From the NCBI GenBank assembly GCA_034408725.1, contig JAWXCN010000051.1, forward strand, positions 1 through 56,232: a DNA stretch of 56,232 nt. The letters are read 5' to 3'. The notes beneath the pieces were generated by a model, which made no database searches, had not been told where the DNA came from, and worked only from the letters and a program-made list of their open reading frames with translations. The translations under genes and the position numbers were made by a program. Source of the DNA: Candidatus Hydrogenedentota bacterium. Lineage in GTDB: Bacteria; Hydrogenedentota; Hydrogenedentia; Hydrogenedentales; SLHB01. Shown here one piece after another: positions 10,702-19,943 of the stretch. How positions within the stretch are numbered: the first letter of the stretch is position 1; every line of letters starts with the position of its first letter.

Positions 10702-11174
10702 AACCCCGCGACGATGTGACGCTGCGGTTATTAGACCCGGCGGAGACGCCCCCTACGGCGTTATTATTGCTCGGCGACGAATCCGAAACCATGATCGGCA
10801 AGTACGTATCCAACGCCGATATTCTCATCGCTGAAAACGGCTCAGTGATCATTGGCGTTTGCGCTATAGCCGAAAATACGCCCACGACTGGTGAAATCAA
10901 GAATATCGCTGTGGCCGAAGACCACCAGGGACGTGGAATTGGCATGCAACTCCTGCAGCATGCAATCATGCTCGCGCGGCAAAAGGGCTATGTCACGCTC
11001 GAAATCGCCACCGGCAATTCAGGGATCGGACAGCTTTACCTGTATCAAAAGGCTGGATTTGAAATGACTGGCATTGATCGGAATTATTTCGTGGAGAATT
11101 ATCCGATTCCCATTGTTGAAAATGGCATTCCCTGCAAACACCGTGTCCGCCTGAAAATGGATCTCGTTCCGTAA
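10698..11174 (+). CDS. GNAT family N-acetyltransferase
   Basis: EIKNIAV..HQGRGIG acetyl-CoA motif, LYQKAGF. Confidence 0.9.
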   Translation: MKPRDDVTLRLLDPAETPPTALLLLGDESETMIGKYVSNADILIAENGSVIIGVCAIAENTPTTGEIKNIAVAEDHQGRGIGMQLLQHAIMLARQKGYVTLEIATGNSGIGQLYLYQKAGFEMTGIDRNYFVENYPIPIVENGIPCKHRVRLKMDLVP

Positions 11175-11181
11175 GCAAACC

Positions 11182-11688
11182 ATGCTGGAACTAACAACAA
11201 GCATGAAACCTTCCACACTTCTCACAACCGTCCGGGAGGCGCTGCCTACACCCACCGAATGGTTATTGAAGGGAGGCCACGCGCGTACACCGTTCTACGG
11301 CAAGGTGCGTGGCGATAGTTTTTGGGTGATGATGAGCAAAAGCCGATGGGAAAAGAATTCGTTCAATCCCGTGCTGGTCGCGCGAATCACCTCGACGACT
11401 AGCGGAAGCCGCATCACCGCGACGATACGGCTTTCCCGGCCCGTGCAGATTTTCATAGGTGTCTGGCTGATGATGGCGCTGTTTATCGGAATCGGCGGCG
11501 TGCATAACGCGGTATCATCAGGAATGAGTGTGGACCGGAACGTCGTGCTAATCATTGCCGTTACGGTCCCGATTGTACTGCTGACCGTTGGCATCACCGC
11601 GTATATCGTTCGCGACATCAACCGCCGGCGCAAGCCCGCGCTGGAACAGTGGCTGCGAGAGATTTCGGATGCCCTGCCTGGCAGTTAA
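11182..11688 (+). CDS. Hypothetical membrane protein
   Basis: Two C-terminal hydrophobic helices; 7 nt after the GNAT stop. Confidence 0.65.
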   Translation: MLELTTSMKPSTLLTTVREALPTPTEWLLKGGHARTPFYGKVRGDSFWVMMSKSRWEKNSFNPVLVARITSTTSGSRITATIRLSRPVQIFIGVWLMMALFIGIGGVHNAVSSGMSVDRNVVLIIAVTVPIVLLTVGITAYIVRDINRRRKPALEQWLREISDALPGS

Positions 11689-11719
11689 GCGAACCTGGAA
11701 TTGCTTATTACCCCTATTA

Positions 11720-12775
11720 TTACCCCTTCTTAGTGGTAATACCCTTTCTTCGCCATAGCGCGGCCGGGCCTCGTCCAGAAACTGTGACGATCCCATTGAC
11801 TTTGAGGTTGCGCAGGACCCGCCGAACGGTATCCCGACTTACACCGGGCGAAGCGTCAACAAGCTCGGAATGCCGGAAGGGTTTATCAAAGCGTTGAATA
11901 GCTGTGACTACCGTTTCCGACTTCGATCCCCGCGCGCTTTCGGACGAAACGGTGCGGGTGTGTAATTTGCGATACGCTTCTTTCAGAATTTGGAGCAGGA
12001 AATTGATGTATGGCCACGGATCGTGTTTTCCGTTATGCCAACCTACAGAGCAATATTCGAGCGTTTCGTAGTACCGCGCTTTTTCTTCTTCGATGATGCG
12101 TTCGAGGCTTATATAGCGGCCCACATCGTGGTTCGCATGATAACACTGCTGGAGAAGCAGGAGGCGGGATACCCGTCCATTGCCATCTCTAAATGGGTGA
12201 ACGCATAAAAAATCGAGATTGAACGCTGCGACTGCGAGCAAGGGTTGAATCGATTCTTCTGCCGCTGTTTCTCTCCATTCCACGATCAGTTGCTTCATGC
12301 TGGCGCGCACTTCGCTGCCTGCCACTGGCCTGAATCGCACGCGCACGCCACCTTCCAACCGTTCGATAATGTCCGTATCGCGCGTCCGGTACTTTCCCGC
12401 GTCTCCAATTGCGCCGCGCACGAGCGTGTGAAATGCCTTTATGGCCTTTTCTCCAACCGGCAGTGATTCGCCTTTCCCGTGAATCATGCGAAGCGCGTCC
12501 CGGTAACCACGGACCTCGGCTTCATCCCGGTCGCTCAACCGCGCCCGGCCCTGCAGCACGGGTTGCACCCGGCCGAGTTCTATCGTTACCCCTTCAATGC
12601 GTGTGGACGCAAGCGCGCTTTCTACAATTGCGGATTCCCGCAGAACGCGAACCGACGACGAACTGCGACGCGCAAGGCCACTTTCGATTCCCCGGGCCTC
12701 GCCAATCTCCGCCAGCAGCCACGAAGTAGCGGTCGGGATGGAAGCCAGTGCTTTCAGTTTGACGAGCGTGTACAT
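11720..12775 (-). CDS. Fic family protein with N-terminal autoinhibitory motif and C-terminal HTH
   Basis: HPFRDGNGRVSR catalytic motif; STRIEG inhibitory motif; VSRDTVRRVL HTH-like tail. Confidence 0.92.
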   Translation of the reverse strand: MYTLVKLKALASIPTATSWLLAEIGEARGIESGLARRSSSSVRVLRESAIVESALASTRIEGVTIELGRVQPVLQGRARLSDRDEAEVRGYRDALRMIHGKGESLPVGEKAIKAFHTLVRGAIGDAGKYRTRDTDIIERLEGGVRVRFRPVAGSEVRASMKQLIVEWRETAAEESIQPLLAVAAFNLDFLCVHPFRDGNGRVSRLLLLQQCYHANHDVGRYISLERIIEEEKARYYETLEYCSVGWHNGKHDPWPYINFLLQILKEAYRKLHTRTVSSESARGSKSETVVTAIQRFDKPFRHSELVDASPGVSRDTVRRVLRNLKVNGIVTVSGRGPAALWRRKGITTKKG

Positions 12776-12887
12776 AATTCAATTCCTCAAAAGGCGCGCT
12801 TGTGTTCGCCATGCAACCCTACGGTACTATAGCCACCCGCGCCGCGTTGCGCGAGCGGACAGGTTTTCAATCAAAAAGGATACGACA

Positions 12888-13886
12888 ATGCCTTTTAACG
12901 CTGATCGTTATGATCGCATGCAATACCGCCGGTGCGGCCGCTCCGGCCTAATGCTGCCGGTCATCTCGCTGGGGATGTGGCACAACTTTGGGGAAAAGGC
13001 AGACCACCAGACGTGTGTCGACATGACAAAAACCGCATTCGATCTGGGCGTCACCCACTTCGATCTGGCGAATAATTACGGGCCTCCGCCGGGGTCCGCG
13101 GAAGAGCGCGTTGGACGCATACTTCGCGACGAGTTCAAGGCGCACCGCGATGAGCTCTTTATTTCATCCAAAGCGGGATACCGCATGTGGCCGGGACCCT
13201 ATGGCGAATGGGGCGGCAAAAAGTATCTCGTGTCCAGTCTCGACCAATCGTTAAAGCGCCTCGGGCTGGACTATGTCGACATTTTCTATCATCACCGGCC
13301 CGACCCCGATACTCCGCTGGAGGAAACGCTTGGCGCGCTAGACTTGATAGTGAAACAGGGCAAGGCGCTATACGCGGGTATCAGCAATTATCGCGGCGCA
13401 AATTATGTGGATGCCGTCAAGACCATGAAGCAACACGAGTGGGCGCCCATCACGATCCATCAGCCGGTGTACAACATGACAAACCGCTGGATCGAGATGG
13501 ACCTGTTGAAACACACAGATTCACACGGCGCTGGAGTCATCGTGTTCAGCCCTCTGGCGCAGGGCATGCTCACGTCAAAGTATCTTGATCCGATGAAACC
13601 GATCCCGGAACAATCCCGCGCAGCGGATCCCGACGGCTACCTGAAAACCGAACAGGTGACGCCGCAGCTTATTGAGAAAGTGCGAACCCTTGCAAAGACA
13701 GCCGAAGCGCGCGGCCAGACCATGGCGCAATTCGCGCTGGCATGGACGCTCCGCGATCCACGCGTGACTAGCGCGATCATCGGCGCGCGAAATCCACAGC
13801 AGGTAACTGATTGTGTGAAAGCGGCCGAAAACCTTCGGTTCACAAAGGAGGAGTTAGCGGAGGTGGACCGGCATTTCCCGGTATAG
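12888..13886 (+). CDS. Aldo/keto reductase, L-glyceraldehyde-3-phosphate reductase (YghZ/Gpr-like)
   Basis: SLGMWHNFG, FDLANNYGPPPGSAE, SSKAGY, YVDIFYHHRPD, FSPLAQG. Confidence 0.92.
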   Translation: MPFNADRYDRMQYRRCGRSGLMLPVISLGMWHNFGEKADHQTCVDMTKTAFDLGVTHFDLANNYGPPPGSAEERVGRILRDEFKAHRDELFISSKAGYRMWPGPYGEWGGKKYLVSSLDQSLKRLGLDYVDIFYHHRPDPDTPLEETLGALDLIVKQGKALYAGISNYRGANYVDAVKTMKQHEWAPITIHQPVYNMTNRWIEMDLLKHTDSHGAGVIVFSPLAQGMLTSKYLDPMKPIPEQSRAADPDGYLKTEQVTPQLIEKVRTLAKTAEARGQTMAQFALAWTLRDPRVTSAIIGARNPQQVTDCVKAAENLRFTKEELAEVDRHFPV

Positions 13887-14313
13887 CGGACGGATTGTGA
13901 AGTCGAATTGTCCCAAGGTCCAACATTTCAGGGTACGTCCACTCCGCAAGCTGGTACTCAACGCGATGAGTCGCATAGCCATCCTTGCGGAATTCGATAG
14001 CGAATTTGCCGGGCAATGGTTGGCTTGATACTCTTCGCCGCTGACAGTACTTGTGGCTGAACTGAGCAGATATCTTCCCATCGACCGACGACTCGCCTAT
14101 TTCCGATTCTTGCGCGACGCCCTGAGGGTTTGAGAGCCCCTCGTCAACGAACACGACAGTAACTGATTGCAACGGTTCCTGGGTAGCTCCGTCGACCACA
14201 ATAGCAGTGAGATTGATCGGCAGAGTGGATAAATAAAACGCAGTGATGCAGCCTTGGGAAGCTATCAATAAGGCTGCGCTTGCAATCATGCACGTTGAAC
14301 GCGGGTTTTGCAT
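13840..14313 (-). CDS. Hypothetical lipoprotein
   Basis: Lipobox-like SQGC after a hydrophobic stretch; 6 nt downstream of smpB; 3' end overlaps the convergent reductase. Confidence 0.6.
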   Translation of the reverse strand: MQNPRSTCMIASAALLIASQGCITAFYLSTLPINLTAIVVDGATQEPLQSVTVVFVDEGLSNPQGVAQESEIGESSVDGKISAQFSHKYCQRRRVSSQPLPGKFAIEFRKDGYATHRVEYQLAEWTYPEMLDLGTIRLHNPSAIPGNAGPPPLTPPL

Positions 14314-14319
14314 AGTTGG

Positions 14320-14781
14320 TTACTCGCCGCGCTTTGTGCTTTTCATGGCGCGATCTATTTCACGTTTCACTTCGCGATCGCGAATCGATTCGCGCTTATC
14401 GACGGTCTGTTTGCCTTTGCAGAGACCGATCTCGACTTTCGCGCGGCCTTCCTTGAAGTAGACGCTCAACGGCACCAGTGTATACCCTTTTTCATCGACC
14501 TGTTCAGCGAGCTTTACAATCTGGCGTTTATGCATTAGCAGTTTGCGGCGACGCTCCGGTTCGTGGTTCCACGCGGTGCCCTGTTCGTATGGGTTGATGT
14601 GAACACCCACGAGAAACATCTCGCCATTGATCACGTCCGCATAGCTGTCTTTCAACACGATATGCCCTGCGCGCAGCGATTTCACTTCCGTGCCGCGCAA
14701 TTCAATCCCGGCCTCGTGTTTTTCCAACACGTGGTAATCGTGCCGCGCGCGCCGGTTTTCCACCACCGTCTTAACACCCAT
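14320..14781 (-). CDS. smpB: SsrA-binding protein SmpB
   Basis: NRRARHDY, EAGIELRGTEVKSLR, RKLLMHK, GKQTVDKRE. Confidence 0.97.
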   Translation of the reverse strand: MGVKTVVENRRARHDYHVLEKHEAGIELRGTEVKSLRAGHIVLKDSYADVINGEMFLVGVHINPYEQGTAWNHEPERRRKLLMHKRQIVKLAEQVDEKGYTLVPLSVYFKEGRAKVEIGLCKGKQTVDKRESIRDREVKREIDRAMKSTKRGE

Positions 14782-14835
14782 GACAAAACCCGAACCGGCA
14801 AGAGGAATCCAAAAACCAAAAACCAAAGTACAAAA

Positions 14836-16146
14836 TCACCGGCGTGGACCCCAATCGGGACCTTGCGCGCTGACCCCAATTCCCGGCACCTTCCGGTTTT
14901 GTCCCGTCGCGACGTTTGCCGTCCAAAGCTGTGGTTTACCTTCGCGCGTCGACGTATACACGACGTATCGCGAATCCGCGGACCATGTCGGCGATTCGTT
15001 CGAGCCGCCACTTGCGGTCAATGCGCGCGGGTTTCCGCCGTCTGAATCCATCACATAAACTTCGAATCCGCCCTGCTCGACGACGTAGGCGATCTGCTTA
15101 CCGTCCGGCGACCATTCCGGGTCGTAGGATTTTCCGCCCTGCAACGAGAGCCGCCGCACGCTTCCCCCACTCGTATCCATGACATGCACTTGCGGGCTGC
15201 CTCCGCGATCACTAACGAAGGCAATTTGTTTGCCATCAGGACTGAAACACGGTGATGTATCGGTGCCCCCGTCATTCGTCAACCGGCTTTTGGAAGTTCC
15301 GTCTGCATTGACGAGATAAATCTCTGAATTGGCGTCTTTGCTCAGCACCATGGCAAGCCGGCTACCGTCTGGCGCCCACGCGGGCGCGCTGTTCATGCCA
15401 ACCTCTTTCGATAGCGCCGAGGATTTTCCCGTCGCCAGCTCGAACATGTATAAGAATTGATAGCGGTCCTTGAACGAAACATAGGCTATCTTCGTTCCAT
15501 CCGGAGAAAATGTCGGCAGTATCGAAATCGAATTGTGTTGCGAAAGCTGCTTCATGTTCGCGCCATCGTAGTCCGCAATGTAAATCTCTTTCTTGCCCGT
15601 CGCGCCGCCGCTAAAGCAATAGGACGACGTCGCGACGCCCGGTTCGCCATCTAGGTACTTGACGATCTCATCCGAAAAGCGGTGTACCACCTGCCGCGCC
15701 CATGCCTGTTCACCGGTCAAACGCTTTCCGACGACTTGCTGCCCCGTCGCAACGTCGAACAGCCGGCATTCCAACACGACGTTGCCGCCTTCAACCGTCA
15801 CGTACACGTGTACGATGTACTGCGTTCGCGCAGCTTGCCAACCTGAAAACTCAAGTTGCGTGGCGTCGCTTGTTAGTCCGGTGAACGATGATGGAAACTC
15901 TTCGGGCCGGAGCAGCCGAATCAACCCGGTAAAGTCCAGATCGTATCGCATGACCTCGGTTAATTGGCTGGCTAGCGCGTCCTGTCCGGGCATCGCGGCA
16001 AACGTCGGCACCGCCACGCCTACGCGAGAATCCGTGCGGCCGCGCGACTCGAGTCTGACGCCCTCTTCCGCCGTGCCTGGCGCTTGAGCAAATCCCTGGG
16101 CCGCCAACGCAACAACTGCAAAAATCACAGTGCCTAAAGGACGCAC
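14836..16146 (-). CDS. tolB: Tol-Pal beta-propeller protein TolB
   Basis: DLDFTG N-domain, ADYDG, repeated P.(F/W)SPDG blades. Confidence 0.92.
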   Translation of the reverse strand: MRPLGTVIFAVVALAAQGFAQAPGTAEEGVRLESRGRTDSRVGVAVPTFAAMPGQDALASQLTEVMRYDLDFTGLIRLLRPEEFPSSFTGLTSDATQLEFSGWQAARTQYIVHVYVTVEGGNVVLECRLFDVATGQQVVGKRLTGEQAWARQVVHRFSDEIVKYLDGEPGVATSSYCFSGGATGKKEIYIADYDGANMKQLSQHNSISILPTFSPDGTKIAYVSFKDRYQFLYMFELATGKSSALSKEVGMNSAPAWAPDGSRLAMVLSKDANSEIYLVNADGTSKSRLTNDGGTDTSPCFSPDGKQIAFVSDRGGSPQVHVMDTSGGSVRRLSLQGGKSYDPEWSPDGKQIAYVVEQGGFEVYVMDSDGGNPRALTASGGSNESPTWSADSRYVVYTSTREGKPQLWTANVATGQNRKVPGIGVSAQGPDWGPRR

Positions 16147-16185
16147 GATTCTCCTCCTCTTTCCGCGACTGCGAATGCGCGGTCA

Positions 16186-17043
16186 TTACCTGGTTGGAAT
16201 GAACGTATAAAAAACCTGGACTTCCGCGTCCCCATAACCTTCCGGGAACGGCGGATACGGCACTGCGGACCGAATGGCGCGGATGGCCGACGCGGCCACC
16301 TCGGCATCGACGGCATGCCGTTCAACTTTCGGGTCTCCGAGCAACTGTCCCGCCCGCGACACCCAAAAAGAAATAATCGCCCCATCGTCTACCGGACCAA
16401 GTTGAATGGCCTCTGGTATCTTCCATTCGTTTTCAACTTTGCGCTGAACATTTCCGCCCCACGCTCCAAGCGCGCTCGGAATACCCCCGGCCATGCTGAT
16501 ACCGGCCTTGCCCGTTTGAACACCCCGCGCGGTTTGCACCGGCTGACGCGTTGGCCGCGCCGACGCCGAACGCACCACATCGTCCAGCGGCGACATCTCA
16601 TCCAGCGGCGAAACATCGTCGAGCGGATTGTCTGGAATATCGGGAACCGGTGTCTTGAGCTTCGCGACCTTCGTTCGCTCGACTGGTTTTGTTTCTTCCT
16701 TCGGTTCCGGCTTGGGCTTTTCCGGTTTCTTCTCTTCCTTGGGCTTTTCGACTTTCGCCGGTTCAACCGGTTTTGGTTTCGGCTTTGGTTCTTCCTTGGG
16801 CTCCGGTTTCGGTTCTTCCTTCCTTACAGGCGGTGGCGGCGGCACAGGTTTTGGCGGCTCCTGCACTTCAGGGGCATCCAGTTTGCCGAGCGGCGGCGCT
16901 TCCGCCGGAGGCCCGCTTGGATTGGCCAAGTCCACCATGAAACCACCCGCATGCGTCACCCGGAGTTTCTGCGGAAAACGCACGGTAAGAAATCCAACGA
17001 GTGCGACGTGCAGCACGATGGACAGAATCACGGCCTTGCGCAT
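16186..17043 (-). CDS. TolA/TonB-like periplasm-spanning protein
   Basis: N-terminal TM with SIVLH motif, Pro/Glu/Lys-rich linker, TonB_C-like end (PYPPFP); upstream of tolB. Confidence 0.85.
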   Translation of the reverse strand: MRKAVILSIVLHVALVGFLTVRFPQKLRVTHAGGFMVDLANPSGPPAEAPPLGKLDAPEVQEPPKPVPPPPPVRKEEPKPEPKEEPKPKPKPVEPAKVEKPKEEKKPEKPKPEPKEETKPVERTKVAKLKTPVPDIPDNPLDDVSPLDEMSPLDDVVRSASARPTRQPVQTARGVQTGKAGISMAGGIPSALGAWGGNVQRKVENEWKIPEAIQLGPVDDGAIISFWVSRAGQLLGDPKVERHAVDAEVAASAIRAIRSAVPYPPFPEGYGDAEVQVFYTFIPTR

Positions 17044-17449
17044 CGAAGCTTTCGATCGCCACGGCCAGAATTGTGCGTAGAAACTCCTCATAGGTGCTCG
17101 GGTGGGCGGTCTACCTGTTGTGCTAAACGTGCGAGGGCCAGACACTGAAAACCACGCCCCACGCATACAAAATGTATCGGGAGGTCGCTAGGTTCCCGCG
17201 TGGCGACTATGCCAGAAGACGCCGGTAAAGTCAAAACGGATATACCTAATTTAAGGACAGAAATACCACATGTACGCGACGAGCGTATTGACGCTACTAT
17301 AGGTTGCGCCACGCGGCCCTCGCGAAGATATCAATACCCCCGTAACATCCAAAAGTTTCCCAACCATCCCTAAACATTTGCCCCAAGTGGACTTCCCGCT
17401 GCTCACGGGCTACAATCCCGCCACTGCACCGGGGCCACAAGGATTTTTC

Positions 17450-19066
17450 ATGCGTTCCCCACAGGAATTCGTCAGCGAATACGGAGATCGGACCGGCGCC
17501 CGCCTGGCATCGATTTACCGGCTATCTCTCGCATGGTATGTCTTCGGGATTACGGTCCTGGCCAGTCTGGGTATCGAGCCCATTTACCAACACGTGACGC
17601 CGTTTTACGCGCAGTATTTTCCCGCCTCGTCGTTCGCAACACCGAACATTTTACCGCTGTTCGTAGCAGTGCTCGCATACGGTATCGTGCATCGTGTTCT
17701 CGGCATCCGGTTACTCAGGCCGATCCGGTTGGGGTTTGCCATTTGCGGTGTACTTGGCATTGCGTTCCTCACCGCGGTGAGCGATGTCACCTACCGCGGC
17801 ACGGACCTCTCCGGGTTTTGGACGGGGTTCAAGTGGCACCTCCCAGCGTTATGCGTCGTTATCATTTTCTCCGTAATCATCGTCTTGTTCTTCCGCCGGA
17901 TTCGTTGGTGGGATGTTGAACTTTCTAACAAAGCCGCTTGGCGCGCCGTTTTTGGATTGATTGTTTTCGCGTTCGTATCCTCCGGATCGATTGCGATGAT
18001 CCGTGAAGGAACTGACGGCATTGCCGCTGCCTATAGCCGGACGGGCTATGAATATATCGACGATATTGGCAAGGGCCTAACGCTTTCCGGTTTTCTGCGC
18101 GATTATAATGAGCTCCATCCGATGCTCTCGATGCACGCGAAAGTGCATCCCCCTGGGCCGGTCGTTATGTTGTGGGTCATGTCCAAGATTCTTTTGTCGC
18201 GCGATCCTCTCGTGCTTTCCATTGGCACTATGGCGGTCGGCAGCATGACGCTCCTGCCCCTCTTTGCATGGGTCCGCGATATGCTCAACCAACGCGTCGC
18301 CCTGACCTGTTGCGCGTTCTTCGCGTTGGCGCCATCGATCGTGCTGTTTACCGCCACGAGCGCGGACATCATGTTCCTGCCGCTCGTCGTGCTCACCTTG
18401 TTGTGTTTCTGGAGGGCCATTCACCGGGGATCGATCACATACGCCTGCGGCGCGGGCGTCCTCTACGCCTTTATGTCGCTCACATCGTTTTCCCTGCTTT
18501 CGCTGGGTGCTTTCTTTGCCTGGGTTGGATTGTGGCGCATGCAAGATCTGGCTTTTCGGGGCAACGTAATCAAAACCGCCGTGCTGATGCTCGCGGCATT
18601 TCTCGCGGCGCACGGCGCCGTATATGGGCTCACCGGTTTCAATATCATTACCTGTTTCGAGCTTAGCCACGCGCAGTTTCAGGAAGACCAAAGCCAATTG
18701 GACATCACATCGCCGCGTTACGGCCCGTGGGCGTTCAAACTGCTCAACCCATTGTGCTGGATTTATTTTGTTGGAATTCCAGCGACGGTTTTGTGGTGCT
18801 GGCGGATGATAAAACTCGAACACGTTTCGCGGCCGCTCTTTATAGTATTCGCGCTGACTCTGCTCGTGTTGGCCCCCTTGTACCTCGCGCGCGGTGAAGG
18901 GGAACGATCTGCCATGTATATCTTCCCTTTCATTATCGTGCCCGCGGCGCACCTGCTCGATGAACTCGGCCAACGCGCGCAATCATTTCGCCCGATGGCC
19001 GCAACATTTCTGTTTCTTGTTTTTCAGACGTGGCTGACCGAAACGCTTCTGTACACCTATTGGTAG
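17450..19066 (+). CDS. GT-C fold (ArnT/PMT-like) polytopic glycosyltransferase
   Basis: Many TM helices, HPPGP motif, EGER loop; co-oriented with a GT2 gene. Confidence 0.7.
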   Translation: MRSPQEFVSEYGDRTGARLASIYRLSLAWYVFGITVLASLGIEPIYQHVTPFYAQYFPASSFATPNILPLFVAVLAYGIVHRVLGIRLLRPIRLGFAICGVLGIAFLTAVSDVTYRGTDLSGFWTGFKWHLPALCVVIIFSVIIVLFFRRIRWWDVELSNKAAWRAVFGLIVFAFVSSGSIAMIREGTDGIAAAYSRTGYEYIDDIGKGLTLSGFLRDYNELHPMLSMHAKVHPPGPVVMLWVMSKILLSRDPLVLSIGTMAVGSMTLLPLFAWVRDMLNQRVALTCCAFFALAPSIVLFTATSADIMFLPLVVLTLLCFWRAIHRGSITYACGAGVLYAFMSLTSFSLLSLGAFFAWVGLWRMQDLAFRGNVIKTAVLMLAAFLAAHGAVYGLTGFNIITCFELSHAQFQEDQSQLDITSPRYGPWAFKLLNPLCWIYFVGIPATVLWCWRMIKLEHVSRPLFIVFALTLLVLAPLYLARGEGERSAMYIFPFIIVPAAHLLDELGQRAQSFRPMAATFLFLVFQTWLTETLLYTYW

Positions 19067-19073
19067 TAATCGC

Positions 19074-19823
19074 ATGTGGAACGGCAAAACAGTATCCATC
19101 ATTTTCCCGACGTATAACGAGAAAGACTCGATACGGCAGGCTATCGATGACTTTTTCGATTCCGGCCATGTCGATGAAATCATCGTGGTAAACAATAACG
19201 CCGCCGAAGGTACGGACGCGGAAGTTGGCATGACAAAAGCCCGGCTGGTGCATGAGACCCGGCAGGGATACGGTCATGCGATCTGGCGCGGACTCGCGGA
19301 CGCCACGGGCGACATTCTAATCATCGCCGAACCGGACGGCACATTCTCCGGGCATGACGTAATTAAAATGCTGGCATACTCCGATGATGTCCCCGTCGTT
19401 TTCGGCACCCGCACGCAACGCGAGTTTGTCTGGGAAGGCGCGAACATGGGCATTTTCCTCAAATGGGGAAACTGGGCCGTCGGCAAGCTGGTCGAGTTTT
19501 TGTTTAATACTACGCTGCTCACAGATGTCGGGTGTTCGATGCGCCTTTTTCACCGCGTCGCTTACGAAAAAATCGCGCCCCAGTTTTCAGTAGGCGCGTC
19601 AGCGTTCGGTCCGCAGATGCTGTTGCTCGTTATTCTCAACGGGATTCACTTCATCGAGATTCCTGTCAACTACAAGAAGCGTGTCGGTGAATCCTCCGTC
19701 ACTGGCAGTAAGCTCAAGGCCTTTCTACTCGGCATGTCAATGATACGCATGATACTGCGCTACCGCATCTTGTCCTGGTTCGGCTGGCGGCCTTCTGCGG
19801 GGTCGAATCCGTATGCGAAGTAG
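19074..19823 (+). CDS. GT2 glycosyltransferase (polyprenol-phosphate sugar synthase-like)
   Basis: IIFPTYNE, QGYG, EPDG, TDVGC, EIPVNY..RVGES. Confidence 0.9.
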   Translation: MWNGKTVSIIFPTYNEKDSIRQAIDDFFDSGHVDEIIVVNNNAAEGTDAEVGMTKARLVHETRQGYGHAIWRGLADATGDILIIAEPDGTFSGHDVIKMLAYSDDVPVVFGTRTQREFVWEGANMGIFLKWGNWAVGKLVEFLFNTTLLTDVGCSMRLFHRVAYEKIAPQFSVGASAFGPQMLLLVILNGIHFIEIPVNYKKRVGESSVTGSKLKAFLLGMSMIRMILRYRILSWFGWRPSAGSNPYAK

Positions 19824-19881
19824 AAACGATGGGGAGGGAATTTTAGATTTTGGATTGAAGAGGGGGAAGCGCGACTCTACT

Positions 19882-19910
19882 GCTCTTGCTCGTGCCCGTG
19901 CTCGTAATCG
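19882..19910. repeat. Short repeat of the gctcgtaatcg family
   Basis: gctcttgctcgtgcccgtgctcgtaatcg; related copies at 35456-35489 and 37148-37260. Confidence 0.65.
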
Positions 19911-19943
19911 GAAATCATTGATCGTTTGATAGATCGCAATCTT

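Noticed and set aside
11700-11750. Possible frameshift at the Fic 3' end (ggggtaataa repeated twice)
   Set aside because: Affects only a few terminal residues and cannot be evaluated without homologs
14200-14840. tmRNA gene beside smpB
   Set aside because: The flanks are occupied by CDSs and no tRNA-like ends were seen
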